Assembly (NCBI GenBank): GCA_002430925.1 | Contig: DJDD01000131.1 | Span: 20,935 to 84,934 of the forward strand | Source of the DNA: Flavobacteriales bacterium UBA5933 | GTDB taxonomy: Bacteria > Bacteroidota > Bacteroidia > Flavobacteriales > Weeksellaceae | Direction of reading: 5' to 3' | Length of the DNA stretch: 64,000 nucleotides | Shown: positions 51,867 to 63,261 of the stretch, piece by piece | Numbering within the stretch: the stretch's first letter is position 1 | How the letters are laid out: each line of letters begins with the position of its first letter | Made by a program: the position numbers and the translations under genes | Notes under the pieces: model-generated | What the model saw: the letters and a program-made list of their open reading frames with translations, nothing else | What the model was told of the DNA's origin: nothing | Databases searched by the model: none

Positions 51867-52268
51867 ATGTATACAGATCCAATTTCAGATTTTCTAACTC
51901 GCGTTAGAAATGCAATGATGGCAGGACACAAAGTAGTGGAAATCCCTGCATCAAAATTAAAAAAGGAAATTACTAAAATCCTTTTTGAACAAGGTTACAT
52001 CTTGAACTACAAATTCGAAGGACAAGACAAACCACAAGGGACAATCAAAATCGCTTTAAAGTACGATAAAGTAACTAAAGAGCCAGCAATCCGTAAAATC
52101 AAAAGAGCATCTTCTCCAGGTTTACGTCAATATGCAGGATCTAAAGAATTACCTCGTGTATTAAACGGTTTAGGTATTGCAATCATTTCAACTTCTAAAG
52201 GTGTAATGACAGATAAGCAAGCTCGTCAAGAGAATGTTGGTGGTGAAGTTTTATGTTTAGTTTATTAA
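51867..52268 (+). CDS. rpsH: 30S ribosomal protein S8
   Basis: [21 protein letters not shown]... Confidence 0.98.
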   Translation: MYTDPISDFLTRVRNAMMAGHKVVEIPASKLKKEITKILFEQGYILNYKFEGQDKPQGTIKIALKYDKVTKEPAIRKIKRASSPGLRQYAGSKELPRVLNGLGIAIISTSKGVMTDKQARQENVGGEVLCLVY

Positions 52269-52290
52269 TCATTTAAAAAATTAAGAAATT

Positions 52291-52836
52291 ATGTCAAGAA
52301 TAGGACAAGCACTTATCAATATCCCTTCAGCTGCAACAGTTGAGTTTAAAGATAACGTTATTACAGTTAAAGGTAATAATCTTACGTTAACTAGAGAATT
52401 AAACGAAGGTTTTGATGTAAAAATCGAAGACGGAGTTTTATCTGTAGTTCGTCCAGATGATTCTAAACAAAATAAAGCTTTACATGGTTTATACCGTGCG
52501 TTAATCAGTAACATGGTTACAGGTGTAACAGAAGGTTTTAAAAAACAATTAGAATTAGTTGGTGTAGGTTATAGAGCATCTAACCAAGGACAAAAATTAG
52601 ATTTGTCATTAGGTTTCTCTCACAATATCGTTATCGAGTTACCAGAAGAAATTAAAGTTGAAACTTTAACAGAAAAAGGTAAAAACCCTATTATTACATT
52701 ATCATCTCATGATAATCAATTATTAGGAATGATCGTAGCGAAAATTCGTTCTTACCGTAAGCCAGAGCCTTACAAAGGAAAAGGAATTAAATTCGTAGGA
52801 GAAATTATTAGAAGAAAAGCAGGTAAATCTGCATAA
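52291..52836 (+). CDS. rplF: 50S ribosomal protein L6
   Basis: MSRIGQALINIP...YRKPEPYKGKGIKF. Confidence 0.97.
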   Translation: MSRIGQALINIPSAATVEFKDNVITVKGNNLTLTRELNEGFDVKIEDGVLSVVRPDDSKQNKALHGLYRALISNMVTGVTEGFKKQLELVGVGYRASNQGQKLDLSLGFSHNIVIELPEEIKVETLTEKGKNPIITLSSHDNQLLGMIVAKIRSYRKPEPYKGKGIKFVGEIIRRKAGKSA

Positions 52837-52849
52837 AAATCATTGAAAA

Positions 52850-53203
52850 ATGGCATTATCTAAAGTAGAAAAAAGACAAAAAATAAAAAGACGCGTTCGT
52901 CGAAATATTTTTGGAACAGAAACTAAACCTCGTTTATCAGTTTACCGTTCTAATAAAGAAATTTACGCTCAAATTATTGACGATAACAGTGGAGTAACTT
53001 TAGCTTCAGCTTCATCTCGTGAAAAAGGTGTTTCTGTAGAAGGTACAAAAACTGAAGTATCTGCATCTGTAGGTAAAGCTTTAGCTGCAAAAGCAGTAGC
53101 TAAAGGAATTGAAACTGTAGTTTTTGATCGTAACGGTTTCGTATATCATGGTAGAATCAAAGCTTTAGCAGATGGTGCTAGAGAAGGTGGATTAAAATTC
53201 TAA
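52850..53203 (+). CDS. rplR: 50S ribosomal protein L18
   Basis: [19 protein letters not shown]...[26 protein letters not shown]. Confidence 0.97.
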   Translation: MALSKVEKRQKIKRRVRRNIFGTETKPRLSVYRSNKEIYAQIIDDNSGVTLASASSREKGVSVEGTKTEVSASVGKALAAKAVAKGIETVVFDRNGFVYHGRIKALADGAREGGLKF

Positions 53204-53219
53204 AAAAGAGAAAGAAATT

Positions 53220-53741
53220 ATGTTAGGATTTAAAAACGTAGAAAGAGTAAAACCAACAGGTTTAGATTTAAAAGATCGTTTAGTTGGAGTACAACGTGTT
53301 ACTAAAGTAACAAAAGGAGGTAGAGCATTTGGTTTCTCTGCAATCGTAGTAGTTGGAGATGGAAATGGAGTAGTAGGTTTTGGATTAGGTAAATCTAAAG
53401 ATGTTGCTTCTGCTATCGCTAAAGCTATCGAAGATGCTAAGAAAAACTTAGTTCGTGTACCATTATTTAATAATACAATTCCTCATGAGCAAGAAGCTCG
53501 TTTCGGTGGTGCGCAAGTATTCATCCGTCCAGCAGCAAAAGGTACAGGGGTAATCGCAGGTGGTACTGTACGTGCAGTATTAGAGTCTGTTGGTGTACAT
53601 GATGTATTATCTAAATCAAAAGGTTCTTCTAACCCTCACAATGCAGTAAAAGCTACTTTCCGTGCTTTATTAAGCTTACGTTCAGTAGAAACTATTGCAC
53701 GTCAAAGAGGTATTTCTATAACTAAAGTTTTCAACGGTTAA
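53220..53741 (+). CDS. rpsE: 30S ribosomal protein S5
   Basis: [39 protein letters not shown]. Confidence 0.98.
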   Translation: MLGFKNVERVKPTGLDLKDRLVGVQRVTKVTKGGRAFGFSAIVVVGDGNGVVGFGLGKSKDVASAIAKAIEDAKKNLVRVPLFNNTIPHEQEARFGGAQVFIRPAAKGTGVIAGGTVRAVLESVGVHDVLSKSKGSSNPHNAVKATFRALLSLRSVETIARQRGISITKVFNG

Positions 53742-53752
53742 AAAAAAGTATC

Positions 53753-53932
53753 ATGAGCAAAGTAAGAGTAAAACAAACACGTAGTGCTATCAACCGTGAT
53801 AAATCTCAAAAAGCTACATTAGTTGCTTTAGGATTAAAAAAGTTGAATCAAGTAGTTGAACATGAATCTACTCCTCAAATCGAAGGAATGATCCGTAAAA
53901 TTCAACACTTAGTAGTAGTAGAAAGAGCTTAA
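53753..53932 (+). CDS. rpmD: 50S ribosomal protein L30
   Basis: Translated by hand (59 aa, below the track cutoff): MSKVRVKQTRSAINRDKSQKATLVALGLKKLNQVVEHESTPQIEGMIRKIQHLVVVERA. Canonical position between rpsE and rplO. Confidence 0.93.
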   Translation: MSKVRVKQTRSAINRDKSQKATLVALGLKKLNQVVEHESTPQIEGMIRKIQHLVVVERA

Positions 53933-53960
53933 TCGCTTTTAACCTTTAAAAATTATTAAA

Positions 53961-54416
53961 ATGAATTTAAGTAATTTAAAACCAGCAGCTGGTTCAGTAA
54001 AAAATAAATTCCGTAAAGGTAGAGGTGAAGGTAGTGGAAACGGTTTAACAGCAGGTCGTGGACACAAAGGTGCTAAATCTCGTTCTGGTTATTCAAGAAA
54101 AATCGGATTCGAAGGTGGACAAATGCCTTTACAAAGACGTTTACCTAAATTTGGTTTCACAAACTTCAACAGAGTTGAGTATACAGGAATCAATTTGGAT
54201 ACAATTCAACAATTAGTTGATAATAACAAAATCACAGATACTTTAAACAAAGAAACATTAGTTCAATTAGGTTTAGCTCACAAAAATGACTTAGTTAAAA
54301 TCTTAGGTCGTGGAGAGTTAACAGCTAAAGTTAATGTTACTGCAGATAAATTTACTCAATCAGCACAAGAAGCTATTGAGAAAGCTGGAGGTAAAGTAGA
54401 ATTAGTTAACGCTTAA
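53961..54416 (+). CDS. rplO: 50S ribosomal protein L15
   Basis: [37 protein letters not shown]. Confidence 0.97.
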   Translation: MNLSNLKPAAGSVKNKFRKGRGEGSGNGLTAGRGHKGAKSRSGYSRKIGFEGGQMPLQRRLPKFGFTNFNRVEYTGINLDTIQQLVDNNKITDTLNKETLVQLGLAHKNDLVKILGRGELTAKVNVTADKFTQSAQEAIEKAGGKVELVNA

Positions 54417-54431
54417 GAATATATTTTATAG

Positions 54432-55805
54432 ATGAAAGGGTTTATACAGACCATAAAAAATATCTGGAGCATAAAAGAATTGAAGGATAAGTTACTTGTA
54501 ACTTTCCTTCTATTATTGGTTTATAGATTCGGTTCTCATATTCCACTTCCAGGTGTCGATATTAACGAAGTTAATCGTTTTATAGCAGACCAAGAAAAAA
54601 ATGCAAATTCAGGAATTTTAGGATTATTAAACTCTTTTACCGGAGGTTCTTTTAAAAGAGCTTCCGTATTTGCGTTAGGAATTATGCCTTATATCTCTGC
54701 TTCAATTGTTGTACAATTGATGGGATTAGCAGTGCCTTACATCCAAAAACTACAGAAAGAAGGAGAAAGTGGACGTAATAAGGTCAACCAAATCACAAGA
54801 TGGTTAACAATAGGTATATGTTTGGTACAAGCACCAGCATATCTTACATTAATAACATCTCAGATTTTACCTTATGATCCAACTTCGTCATACGCTATTT
54901 ATGTTATCCCTCCAACCAATTTTTGGTTTTGGTTTCCCTCAACAGTAATTTTAATTACAGGGACAATCTTTGCCATGTGGATGGGAGAAAAAATTACTGA
55001 CAAAGGTATAGGTAATGGTATATCAATCTTAATTATGGTTGGTATCCTAGCTGATTTACCTAAAGCAATTTTTAATGCTTTTGAAGTTGATCCTTCAAAC
55101 GGTATTTTCTTCTTGATAGAAATGTTAGGTTTAATCCTAGTTATTGCAATGTGTATTATGATTGTAGCAGCAGTACGTAAAGTACCTGTACAATATGTAA
55201 GAAGAGCACAAACTTCTAGTAGTTCTTATATGAGATCAGTAACAGATTCTGTTCGTTCTTATATTCCTCTAAAAGTAAATGCAGCGGGTGTTATGCCTAT
55301 TATTTTTGCACAAGCAATTATGTTTTTACCAGGTACACTAGCAAATTATTTCTTAGATGATTCAAGTTCTGTGAAACAATTTTTTGCGAAAATGGCTGAT
55401 CCATTTACGTGGCAATATAATTTAATCTTCGGATTACTTATTATTATCTTTACATATTTTTATACTGCGATAACAATTCCAGTAAACCAAATGGCTGAAG
55501 ATTTAAAACGTAATGGTGGAATCATCCCAGGAATCAGACCTGGAAAGGAAACTGCAAATTTTTTAGACGAAATTTTATCAAAAATTACGTTACCTGGAGC
55601 AATTTTATTAACTTTGCTTGCTGTTTTGCCTTCGCTAGTAAAATTGTTAGGAGTAGATCAAAGTTTATCAATGTTCTTTGGAGGTACTTCAATGTTAATT
55701 ATGGTGGGAGTTATCTTAGATACTGTACAGCAAATTAATACATATTTATTGAATCACCGTTATGATGGCTTAATGTCTTCTGGTAGAACTTCAAGAGATA
55801 TTTAA
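54432..55805 (+). CDS. secY: Preprotein translocase subunit SecY
   Basis: 457 aa, 10 TM segments. [16 protein letters not shown]... Conserved position. Confidence 0.97.
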   Translation: MKGFIQTIKNIWSIKELKDKLLVTFLLLLVYRFGSHIPLPGVDINEVNRFIADQEKNANSGILGLLNSFTGGSFKRASVFALGIMPYISASIVVQLMGLAVPYIQKLQKEGESGRNKVNQITRWLTIGICLVQAPAYLTLITSQILPYDPTSSYAIYVIPPTNFWFWFPSTVILITGTIFAMWMGEKITDKGIGNGISILIMVGILADLPKAIFNAFEVDPSNGIFFLIEMLGLILVIAMCIMIVAAVRKVPVQYVRRAQTSSSSYMRSVTDSVRSYIPLKVNAAGVMPIIFAQAIMFLPGTLANYFLDDSSSVKQFFAKMADPFTWQYNLIFGLLIIIFTYFYTAITIPVNQMAEDLKRNGGIIPGIRPGKETANFLDEILSKITLPGAILLTLLAVLPSLVKLLGVDQSLSMFFGGTSMLIMVGVILDTVQQINTYLLNHRYDGLMSSGRTSRDI

Positions 55806-55827
55806 ACAATATTTATTAAAAAGATTT

Positions 55828-56043
55828 ATGGCAAAACAAAAACATATTGAACAAGACGGTACGATTACAGAAGCATTATCTAATGCAATGTTCCGTGTCG
55901 AATTAGAAAATGGACATGTTGTAACATGTAACATATCTGGTAAAATGCGTATGCATTATATTAAATTACTACCAGGTGATAGAGTTAAAATCGAGATGTC
56001 TCCTTATGATTTAACAAAAGGGAGAATATCATATAGATACTAA
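55828..56043 (+). CDS. infA: Translation initiation factor IF-1
   Basis: [43 protein letters not shown]. Confidence 0.97.
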   Translation: MAKQKHIEQDGTITEALSNAMFRVELENGHVVTCNISGKMRMHYIKLLPGDRVKIEMSPYDLTKGRISYRY

Positions 56044-56118
56044 AAGAAAATTTAACGACTGGTGGTAGAGTTGATGTTTAGGCATTAACTCTATCGGATT
56101 ATAAATAAATTTACAAAG

Positions 56119-56235
56119 ATGAAAATTAGAGCATCCATTAAAAAGAGAAGTGCTGACTGTAAGATTGTACGTCGTAAAGGACGTTTGTATGTGATCAACA
56201 AAAAGAATCCTAAGTTTAAACAAAGACAAGGTTAA
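56119..56235 (+). CDS. rpmJ: 50S ribosomal protein L36 (form lacking most zinc ligands)
   Basis: Translated by hand (38 aa, below the track cutoff): [38 protein letters not shown]. Confidence 0.93.
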   Translation: MKIRASIKKRSADCKIVRRKGRLYVINKKNPKFKQRQG

Positions 56236-56247
56236 TTATTTAGAATT

Positions 56248-56625
56248 ATGGCAAGAATTTCAGGTGTAGATTTACCTAAAAACAAAAGAGGGGTAATCGG
56301 ACTTACATACATTTACGGTATCGGAAGAAGCAGTGCTTCAAAAATCTTAGCTGAGAACAATATCTCAGAAGATAAAAAAGTTAGTGAATGGACTGATGAA
56401 GAAATCAACGCAATCCGTGCGTCAATTAATGAAGCTTTCAAAGTAGAAGGTGAATTAAGATCAGAAATCCAATTAAACATCAAACGTTTAATGGACATCG
56501 GATGTCAGAGAGGTATTCGTCACAGATTAGGTTTACCATTACGTGGTCAAAGAACTAAAAATAACTCACGTACAAGAAAAGGTAAAAAGAAAACAGTTGC
56601 TAACAAGAAAAAAGCCACTAAATAA
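56248..56625 (+). CDS. rpsM: 30S ribosomal protein S13
   Basis: [26 protein letters not shown]. Confidence 0.98.
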   Translation: MARISGVDLPKNKRGVIGLTYIYGIGRSSASKILAENNISEDKKVSEWTDEEINAIRASINEAFKVEGELRSEIQLNIKRLMDIGCQRGIRHRLGLPLRGQRTKNNSRTRKGKKKTVANKKKATK

Positions 56626-56635
56626 TAAGTAGATC

Positions 56636-57025
56636 ATGGCAAAAAATCAGAAAGTAGTAAAGAAAAGAAAAGTAGTTGTAGAAGCTACTGGACAAGCTCA
56701 TATTCAAGCATCGTTTAACAACGTTATCGTTACTTTAACTAACAAAAACGGTGAAGTTATCTCTTGGTCTTCAGCAGGTAAAATGGGATTCCGTGGATCT
56801 AAAAAGAACACTCCTTACGCTGCTCAAGTAGCTGCTCAAGATGCAACAACAGTTGCTTACGAAGCAGGATTAAGAAGAGTAAAAGTATTCGTGAAAGGAC
56901 CAGGTCAAGGTCGTGAATCTGCTATTAGAACAATTCATAACGGTGGTATCGAAGTTTCAGAAATCGTTGATGTTACTCCACTTCCACACAATGGATGTCG
57001 TCCACCTAAAAAGAGAAGAGTATAA
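56636..57025 (+). CDS. rpsK: 30S ribosomal protein S11
   Basis: [30 protein letters not shown]...[18 protein letters not shown]. Confidence 0.98.
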   Translation: MAKNQKVVKKRKVVVEATGQAHIQASFNNVIVTLTNKNGEVISWSSAGKMGFRGSKKNTPYAAQVAAQDATTVAYEAGLRRVKVFVKGPGQGRESAIRTIHNGGIEVSEIVDVTPLPHNGCRPPKKRRV

Positions 57026-57070
57026 TCATTTTTCTCAATTTAATTATTTAATATTTAATAGTAATAAATC

Positions 57071-57673
57071 ATGGCAAGATATACAGGACCAAAAACTAAA
57101 ATTGCAAGAAAATTTGGACAACCAATTTTCGGTGACGATAAATCTTTCGAAAAAAAGAAATATCCTCCAGGGCAACACGGACCTAACAAAAGAAGAGCTA
57201 AAAAATCAGAATACGCTATTCAGTTATCTGAAAAACAAAAAGCAAAATATACTTACGGTATCTTAGAGCGTCAATTTGCTAACTTATACAAAAAAGCAAA
57301 TGCTTCTAAAGGAATTACAGGTGAAGTATTATTACAATTATGTGAATCTCGTTTAGATAATGTTGTTTACCGTTTAGGTATCTCTAATTCTCGTAGCGGG
57401 GCTCGTCAATTAGTATCTCACAAACACATAACTGTTAATGGAGAGGTTGTAAATATCCCATCTTATCATTTAAAAGATGGTGATGTTATCGCTGTTAGAG
57501 AAAAATCTAAATCTTTAGCAACAATCACTAATTCATTACATGCACGTAGTGAATACGATTGGTTAGTTTGGAATGATGAGCAAAAATCAGGAACTTTTAC
57601 AAAAGCTCCAGAAAGAGTTCAAATTCCAGAAGATATTAAAGAGCAATTAATCGTCGAGTTATATTCTAAATAA
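57071..57673 (+). CDS. rpsD: 30S ribosomal protein S4
   Basis: [16 protein letters not shown]... S4 RNA-binding domain (LDNVVYRLG). Confidence 0.98.
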   Translation: MARYTGPKTKIARKFGQPIFGDDKSFEKKKYPPGQHGPNKRRAKKSEYAIQLSEKQKAKYTYGILERQFANLYKKANASKGITGEVLLQLCESRLDNVVYRLGISNSRSGARQLVSHKHITVNGEVVNIPSYHLKDGDVIAVREKSKSLATITNSLHARSEYDWLVWNDEQKSGTFTKAPERVQIPEDIKEQLIVELYSK

Positions 57674-57695
57674 ACCTTAAAATCAGACTAATAAA

Positions 57696-58688
57696 ATGAC
57701 TATTTTAAATTTCATCAAACCTGACAAAGTAATCTTAGTTGAATCTGATTCTAGATTCGGACAATTTGAGTTCCGTCCTTTAGAGCCAGGATACGGGATT
57801 ACAGTTGGAAATGCTCTACGTAGAGTTTTACTTTCTTCATTAGAAGGATATGCAATCACTTCAATAAAAATTGAAGGTGTTGAGCACGAATTTTCAACTA
57901 TTCCAGGAGTAGTGGAAGATGTTACAGAGATCATTTTAAATCTGAAAAAGGTTCGTTTTAAGAAACAAATTGATGAATCAGATGCTGAAACTGTAACTGC
58001 TACTATCTCAGGGCAAGATCAATTAACAGCAGGTGATTTAGGGAAATTTATTTCTGGATTCCAAGTTTTAAACCCTGAATTAGTAATCGCTAACCTAGAT
58101 TCTAAAGTAAATGTTACAATTACATTTACAATAGATAAAGGTAGAGGATACGTACCAGCTGATGACAATAAAAAGGCTTCTGCGCCAATTGGTACTATAG
58201 CAATTGACTCTATTTACACTCCTATTAAGAATGTAAAATATGCAATTGAAAACTATCGTGTAGAACAAAAAACTGATTATGAAAAATTAGTTTTTGAAAT
58301 CACTACTGATGGTTCTATATCACCACAAGATGCTTTGACTGAAGCAGCTAAAATCTTAATACACCACTTTATGTTATTCTCTGATGAGAGAATTACATTA
58401 GAAGCAGAAGAAGTTGCATCTGGTGAAACTTACGATGAAGAAGCTTTACATATGCGCCAATTACTAAAAACTAAATTGGTAGATATGGATTTATCAGTAA
58501 GAGCATTAAACTGTTTAAAAGCAGCTGAAGTTGAAACATTAGGCGAATTAGTTTCTTTCGCTAAGTCAGACTTAATGAAATTCAGAAATTTCGGTAAGAA
58601 ATCTCTTACTGAATTAGAAGAATTGGTGGACAGCAAAGGTTTAAACTTTGGTATGGACATCGTAAAATATAAGTTAGACGTAGAATAA
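57696..58688 (+). CDS. rpoA: DNA-directed RNA polymerase subunit alpha
   Basis: [28 protein letters not shown]... C-terminal HhH domain: [21 protein letters not shown]. Confidence 0.98.
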   Translation: MTILNFIKPDKVILVESDSRFGQFEFRPLEPGYGITVGNALRRVLLSSLEGYAITSIKIEGVEHEFSTIPGVVEDVTEIILNLKKVRFKKQIDESDAETVTATISGQDQLTAGDLGKFISGFQVLNPELVIANLDSKVNVTITFTIDKGRGYVPADDNKKASAPIGTIAIDSIYTPIKNVKYAIENYRVEQKTDYEKLVFEITTDGSISPQDALTEAAKILIHHFMLFSDERITLEAEEVASGETYDEEALHMRQLLKTKLVDMDLSVRALNCLKAAEVETLGELVSFAKSDLMKFRNFGKKSLTELEELVDSKGLNFGMDIVKYKLDVE

Positions 58689-58699
58689 TTTTATTAAAA

Positions 58700-59176
58700 A
58701 TGAGACACGGAAAAAAATTTAATCATTTAGGTAGAACTGCTTCTCACAGAAGAGCTTTATTATCTAATTTAGCTATATCGTTGATTACTCACAAACGTAT
58801 CAACACAACAGTAGCAAAGGCTAAAGCATTACAAAAGTATGTTGAGCCTTTATTGACAAAGTCTAAAACAGACGATACTCACAACCGTCGCGTTGTATTT
58901 TCTTACTTACAAAACAAAGAAGCTATCACTGAATTATTCAGAACTGTAGCTCCTAAAATTGCTAATCGTCCAGGAGGATACACTCGTATCATCAAAACTG
59001 GTTTCCGTTTAGGAGATGGTGCTGAGATGGCAATGATTGAATTAGTTGATTTCAACGAAATCTACACTAATACAAAAGTTGAGAAAAAAGCAACTACACG
59101 TCGTAGTAGAAAAAGTACTAAAACTGAAGAAACAGCTACTGAAGCTGCTGCTACAGAAAGTACTGAAGAAGCATAA
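58700..59176 (+). CDS. rplQ: 50S ribosomal protein L17
   Basis: [25 protein letters not shown]... Confidence 0.97.
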   Translation: MRHGKKFNHLGRTASHRRALLSNLAISLITHKRINTTVAKAKALQKYVEPLLTKSKTDDTHNRRVVFSYLQNKEAITELFRTVAPKIANRPGGYTRIIKTGFRLGDGAEMAMIELVDFNEIYTNTKVEKKATTRRSRKSTKTEETATEAAATESTEEA

Positions 59177-59200
59177 TCATTGTAATAGATTATATAGAAA

Positions 59201-59227
59201 AAGCCTCCAAATTGGAGGCTTTTTTAT
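59201..59227. terminator. Bidirectional terminator shared by rplQ and the convergent yihY-like gene
   Basis: AAGCCTCCAA-a-TTGGAGGCTT followed by T-rich sequence. The stop codon of the minus-strand gene (59224-59226) lies in the T-run. Confidence 0.75.
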
Positions 59228-60138
59228 TTTTCATTATTTATTAAAGTGACTTCTTTTTGTTTTGCATTTTTTTTGGGTTTTATAGGCATTTTAATGTATT
59301 CTGCATATACTTTGGTAAATTTCGCACCTAAAAATAGAATAGTAGCTATGTAATATATCCAAAGTAATAGAATAACTAATGACCCAGCCGAACCAAATAC
59401 TTTAGAATATTTAGTATTTGCTATATATAATCCAATTAGATATTTAGAAATAAAAAATAATGTAGCCGTAAAAATTGAACCAACCAATGCCGGTTTTAAT
59501 TTTACATTTGCATCAGGTAGTACTTTAAAAAGAATAAAGAATACCATTATTGATAATAATATAGTTAATGTATTATTAATTAATAGAACTGTTGCTTGAG
59601 TAACAAATTCATCGATTCTTAAAAATTCAAAAATTTCTTCACCAAAATTTACTAGTACACTATTTAATACTACTGTAGTCATAAGTAAAAATCCAACAGA
59701 TAATATTATTAATAAAGATAAACATCTGTTTACAATAAATTTTAACCAAGCTTTATGTGGTGTTGCTTCTATTCTCCAAATTGTATTTAAACTATCTTGT
59801 AAATCAGCTATCATTGTTGTAGCTCCAAATATTAATACACCAACACCAATCCAAAGAGCAACTGTACTATCTCCAGAAACCATAGAATTTGTTACAAAAT
59901 CTTGTAAAGCTGTGGCTACATCTTTCCCTAATACAGATCTTAATTCGCTAAAAACTTTATCTTCTACTGTATCTTTTGCTAAAAATAGACTTATACCAGA
60001 AATCACAATTAAAATAAGTGGTGATAAAGAAAATAATGCATAGTAAGTAAGTGATGCACTGAGTTTCATAACTCTGTCATCACTGAATTCATTTATAGTT
60101 TGTTTTAATATATTATAATATATTTTAAAAAAATTCAT
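59224..60138 (-). CDS. YihY/BrkB (virulence factor BrkB) family membrane protein
   Basis: INEFSDDRVMKLSASLTYYALFSLSPLILIV is the typical family N-terminus. 6 TM segments. Confidence 0.8.
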   Translation of the reverse strand: MNFFKIYYNILKQTINEFSDDRVMKLSASLTYYALFSLSPLILIVISGISLFLAKDTVEDKVFSELRSVLGKDVATALQDFVTNSMVSGDSTVALWIGVGVLIFGATTMIADLQDSLNTIWRIEATPHKAWLKFIVNRCLSLLIILSVGFLLMTTVVLNSVLVNFGEEIFEFLRIDEFVTQATVLLINNTLTILLSIMVFFILFKVLPDANVKLKPALVGSIFTATLFFISKYLIGLYIANTKYSKVFGSAGSLVILLLWIYYIATILFLGAKFTKVYAEYIKMPIKPKKNAKQKEVTLINNEK

Positions 60139-60334
60139 ATAGGTTGATTTATATTATAAATATACAGAAACTAAAATTAATGCTATAATTAAACAATAAA
60201 TCTAATAATTCTTTTAACTTTATTGAAAAAAAAGTGTATTTTTAATTAACTGAAATTAAGCGCTTTATTGGTTTTGTTTAACATAGTATTAAAGTTTTAT
60301 TACAAAATATTTGCTATTTATCCTATAAAGTCTA

Positions 60335-60342
60335 TAAATTTG
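60335..60342 (+). promoter_or_regulatory. Candidate -7 box (TAAATTTG) for the TonB-dependent receptor gene
   Basis: TAnnTTTG 20 nt upstream of the ATG at 60363. Confidence 0.35.
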
Positions 60343-60362
60343 CTGGAGTTTAAAAGATTGAT

Positions 60363-63173
60363 ATGATAAAAAATAATTACTCATTAAAAAATATATTTTT
60401 GTTAGGATCCATTTTTGGTGGATCTTTAGTTTTTTCTCAAACTAAAGTAACTGGAACTGTAGAAGATGTTAATGGTCCTGTAGCGAATGCTACTGTAAAT
60501 GTAAAAGGAACAAATATTACTACAATAACTGATCCTGATGGTATATATGAACTAGTTATTGATACAGGTAAATATTCAATAGTAGTTTCTAAAGAAGGAG
60601 AATTATCAAAAGAACAGTCATTGGATGTAATTGATCAAAATGAAATTTCATTGAATTTTATTTTGGAGCCAATTGCTGTAGATCAAGAAACAAATCTTAA
60701 TGAAGTTGTTTTAGTTGGTTCTCGTGCTAAAGGTAGAACACAATTAGATTCAACAACTCCTGTTGATATTATTGATATTAAAGATATAACAAAAGATGTT
60801 GGTCAAGTATCCTTGAATCAGATTTTAAATTATGTTGCTCCATCTTTTAGTTCTAATACCCAAGTTATATCTGATGGAACGGATCATATAGATCCAGCAT
60901 CTTTGAGAGGATTAGGTCCAGATCAAGTATTAGTTTTAATAAATGGAAAACGTCGTCATACAACGTCATTAATTAATATAAATGGTGCTTTTGGTAAAGG
61001 TTCTGTTGGTACAGATTTAAATGCAATACCTACTGCAGCAATAAAAAGGATTGAGATTTTAAGAGACGGTGCAGCAGCACAATATGGATCCGATGCAATT
61101 GCAGGTGTTATTAATATAGTTTTAGAAGATTCTACAGATAAACTACTTGCAAACATATCGTATGGAGGAAATTTATCTAGAAATGCTGAAAATAGTTTTG
61201 ATGGAGAAACATTTCAAGCAAATGTTAACTATGGTGCTAAAGTTGGAACGAAAGGAGGTTTTGTAAATTTTTCTGGATCTTATGATAAAAGAGAACCTTT
61301 TAATCGTCAAAAAGAATTTACAGGAACAATTTTTACAGACTATAATCGCCCAGATTTATATCCGAACCCAACTGGTGTAGATATTACAGATGCAGAATTA
61401 GCAAGACGAGGCGAAAGTCGTTCTGATTATGTATCTCGTATTGGTCAATCTAAAAATGAAGGAGGAGCTTTATTTTTTAATTCACTTTTTCCAGTTTCTG
61501 ATAAAGCTGAAGTATATGCTTTTGGTGGATTGAATTATCGTTTAGGTGAATCAGCGGCATTTCGTCGTCAACCTTCTCAATTAACACAAACTGTTCAAAC
61601 TATTTTTCCAAATGGATATTTACCATTGATACAAACAAATAATTATGATCGTTCTTTAGCTGTCGGTATTCGTGGAGAAATTGATAACTGGAAAGTTGAT
61701 TTTTCTAACACTTATGGAAATAATACAATAGATTTTACGGCTAAAAATACAGTCAATGCTTCTATGTTAGCATCTTCACCAACTTCTTTTGAAGCAGGGG
61801 GATATCGTTTTACTCAGAATACAACTAATTTAGATTTTTCAAGATTTTTTGATGATATATTAGCAGGTATTAATGTAGCATTTGGTGCTGAATATCGTTT
61901 TGAGCGTTATCAAATTGTTGCAGGTGAAGAAGCATCTTACACAAATTATGGTAAAGCAAGACAAATAGGTACAAATGCTGATGGAACACCGATTTATATC
62001 GCAGATCCAAAAGGAGATGTTAATACATTATTTGCAGCAAATGGTTCTGCAATAGCTGGAGGAGCACAAGCTTTTCCTGGATTTTTACCTGAAAATGCAG
62101 TAAATGCAACACGTAATTCAGTAGCAGCATATTTAGACACTGAATTTAATTTTACAAAAAATTGGTTGGTAGCTGCCGCTGGACGTTATGAAAATTATTC
62201 AGATTTTGGATCTACAATCAATGGTAAGTTATCAACTCGTTATAAAATTGGTAATTATGTTTTAAGAGCTGCTGCTAGTACAGGATTTAGAGCACCTTCT
62301 TTACATCAAATGTATTTTAGTGCAACATCAAGCGTATTTCAAGATGGAGTAATTTCAAATTCAGGTACATTTACTAATGATAGTCGTGAAGCACAATTAT
62401 TAGGTATTCCTAAATTAAAGCAGGAAACATCAAAAAGTGTTTCAGCTGGAGCAACAGCTAATTGGGGTAAATTTAAACTGAGTATTGATGGATATTTTAT
62501 AAGAATTGATAATAGAATTATTTATACAGGGGCATTTACAGGAAGTAACTCTTCAACAGCATCAGATCAAGATAAAGAAATCTATCAACTGTTAGAGCAA
62601 GCTAATGCTACTTCTGCTCGTTTCTTTGCTAATGCAATAAATACTGAAACAAAAGGTTTAGATATAGTTTTAACTTATCAAGATAGATTAGGTAGAGGTA
62701 AATTAAGAGGAGATTTATCAGCAACTTTTAGTAAAACAAATGTAGTAGGAGGTGTACATGCATCAGAATTATTAAAAGGTAAAGAATCTACTTATTTTGA
62801 TCGTTCAAGTAAAATTTATTTAGAATCAGCTGTCCCTCGTACTAAAATTAACTTATCATTGAATTATACACTTGATAAATGGAATGTTTATTTAAGAAAT
62901 GTATACTTTGGACCGGTTGATGGAGCAACAAATGTTGTGGAGGATGCACAAGTATTTACAGGGAAAGTAGTAACTGATTTAAGTTTTGGTTATGCCTTCA
63001 ATAAAAATATATCATTAACAATAGGTGCAAACAACTTATTGGATGTTTATCCTGATAAAACACATTTGGGAAGTTTACGTGGAGCAGGAGGATACTTTGT
63101 GTACTCAAGAACTGGACAACAGTTTGGTACAGGTGGTCGATTTGCCTTTGCTCGTTTAGCAATAAACTTATAA
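60363..63173 (+). CDS. TonB-dependent outer-membrane receptor with an N-terminal carboxypeptidase-regulatory-like domain
   Basis: Signal peptide. VTGTVEDVNGPVANATVNVKGTNITTITDPDGIYEL. Plug motifs (IDPASLRGLGPDQVLVLINGKR, IERIEILRDGAAAQYGSDAIAGVINIV). Long beta-barrel. No adjacent SusD-like gene. Confidence 0.9.
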   Translation: MIKNNYSLKNIFLLGSIFGGSLVFSQTKVTGTVEDVNGPVANATVNVKGTNITTITDPDGIYELVIDTGKYSIVVSKEGELSKEQSLDVIDQNEISLNFILEPIAVDQETNLNEVVLVGSRAKGRTQLDSTTPVDIIDIKDITKDVGQVSLNQILNYVAPSFSSNTQVISDGTDHIDPASLRGLGPDQVLVLINGKRRHTTSLININGAFGKGSVGTDLNAIPTAAIKRIEILRDGAAAQYGSDAIAGVINIVLEDSTDKLLANISYGGNLSRNAENSFDGETFQANVNYGAKVGTKGGFVNFSGSYDKREPFNRQKEFTGTIFTDYNRPDLYPNPTGVDITDAELARRGESRSDYVSRIGQSKNEGGALFFNSLFPVSDKAEVYAFGGLNYRLGESAAFRRQPSQLTQTVQTIFPNGYLPLIQTNNYDRSLAVGIRGEIDNWKVDFSNTYGNNTIDFTAKNTVNASMLASSPTSFEAGGYRFTQNTTNLDFSRFFDDILAGINVAFGAEYRFERYQIVAGEEASYTNYGKARQIGTNADGTPIYIADPKGDVNTLFAANGSAIAGGAQAFPGFLPENAVNATRNSVAAYLDTEFNFTKNWLVAAAGRYENYSDFGSTINGKLSTRYKIGNYVLRAAASTGFRAPSLHQMYFSATSSVFQDGVISNSGTFTNDSREAQLLGIPKLKQETSKSVSAGATANWGKFKLSIDGYFIRIDNRIIYTGAFTGSNSSTASDQDKEIYQLLEQANATSARFFANAINTETKGLDIVLTYQDRLGRGKLRGDLSATFSKTNVVGGVHASELLKGKESTYFDRSSKIYLESAVPRTKINLSLNYTLDKWNVYLRNVYFGPVDGATNVVEDAQVFTGKVVTDLSFGYAFNKNISLTIGANNLLDVYPDKTHLGSLRGAGGYFVYSRTGQQFGTGGRFAFARLAINL

Positions 63174-63201
63174 AAATTAATTCTAATATTTTTTAAATTT
63201 T

Positions 63202-63241
63202 ACCAAATCTCTGTCACTTTTGGCAGAGGTTTGGTATTTTT
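63202..63241 (+). terminator. Rho-independent terminator after the TonB-dependent receptor gene
   Basis: ACCAAATCTCTG-tcacttttgg-CAGAGGTTTGGT (one G-U pair), then ATTTTTG. Confidence 0.7.
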
Positions 63242-63261
63242 GTTATAAATCAAAAAGAAAT

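Noticed and set aside
55806-56118. Absence of adk and map between secY and infA, and of tuf after fusA, as a possible deletion.
   Set aside because: The spacers are short and clean, with no gene remnants. Relocation of these genes is a common lineage-specific arrangement, so this is not evidence of a recent event.
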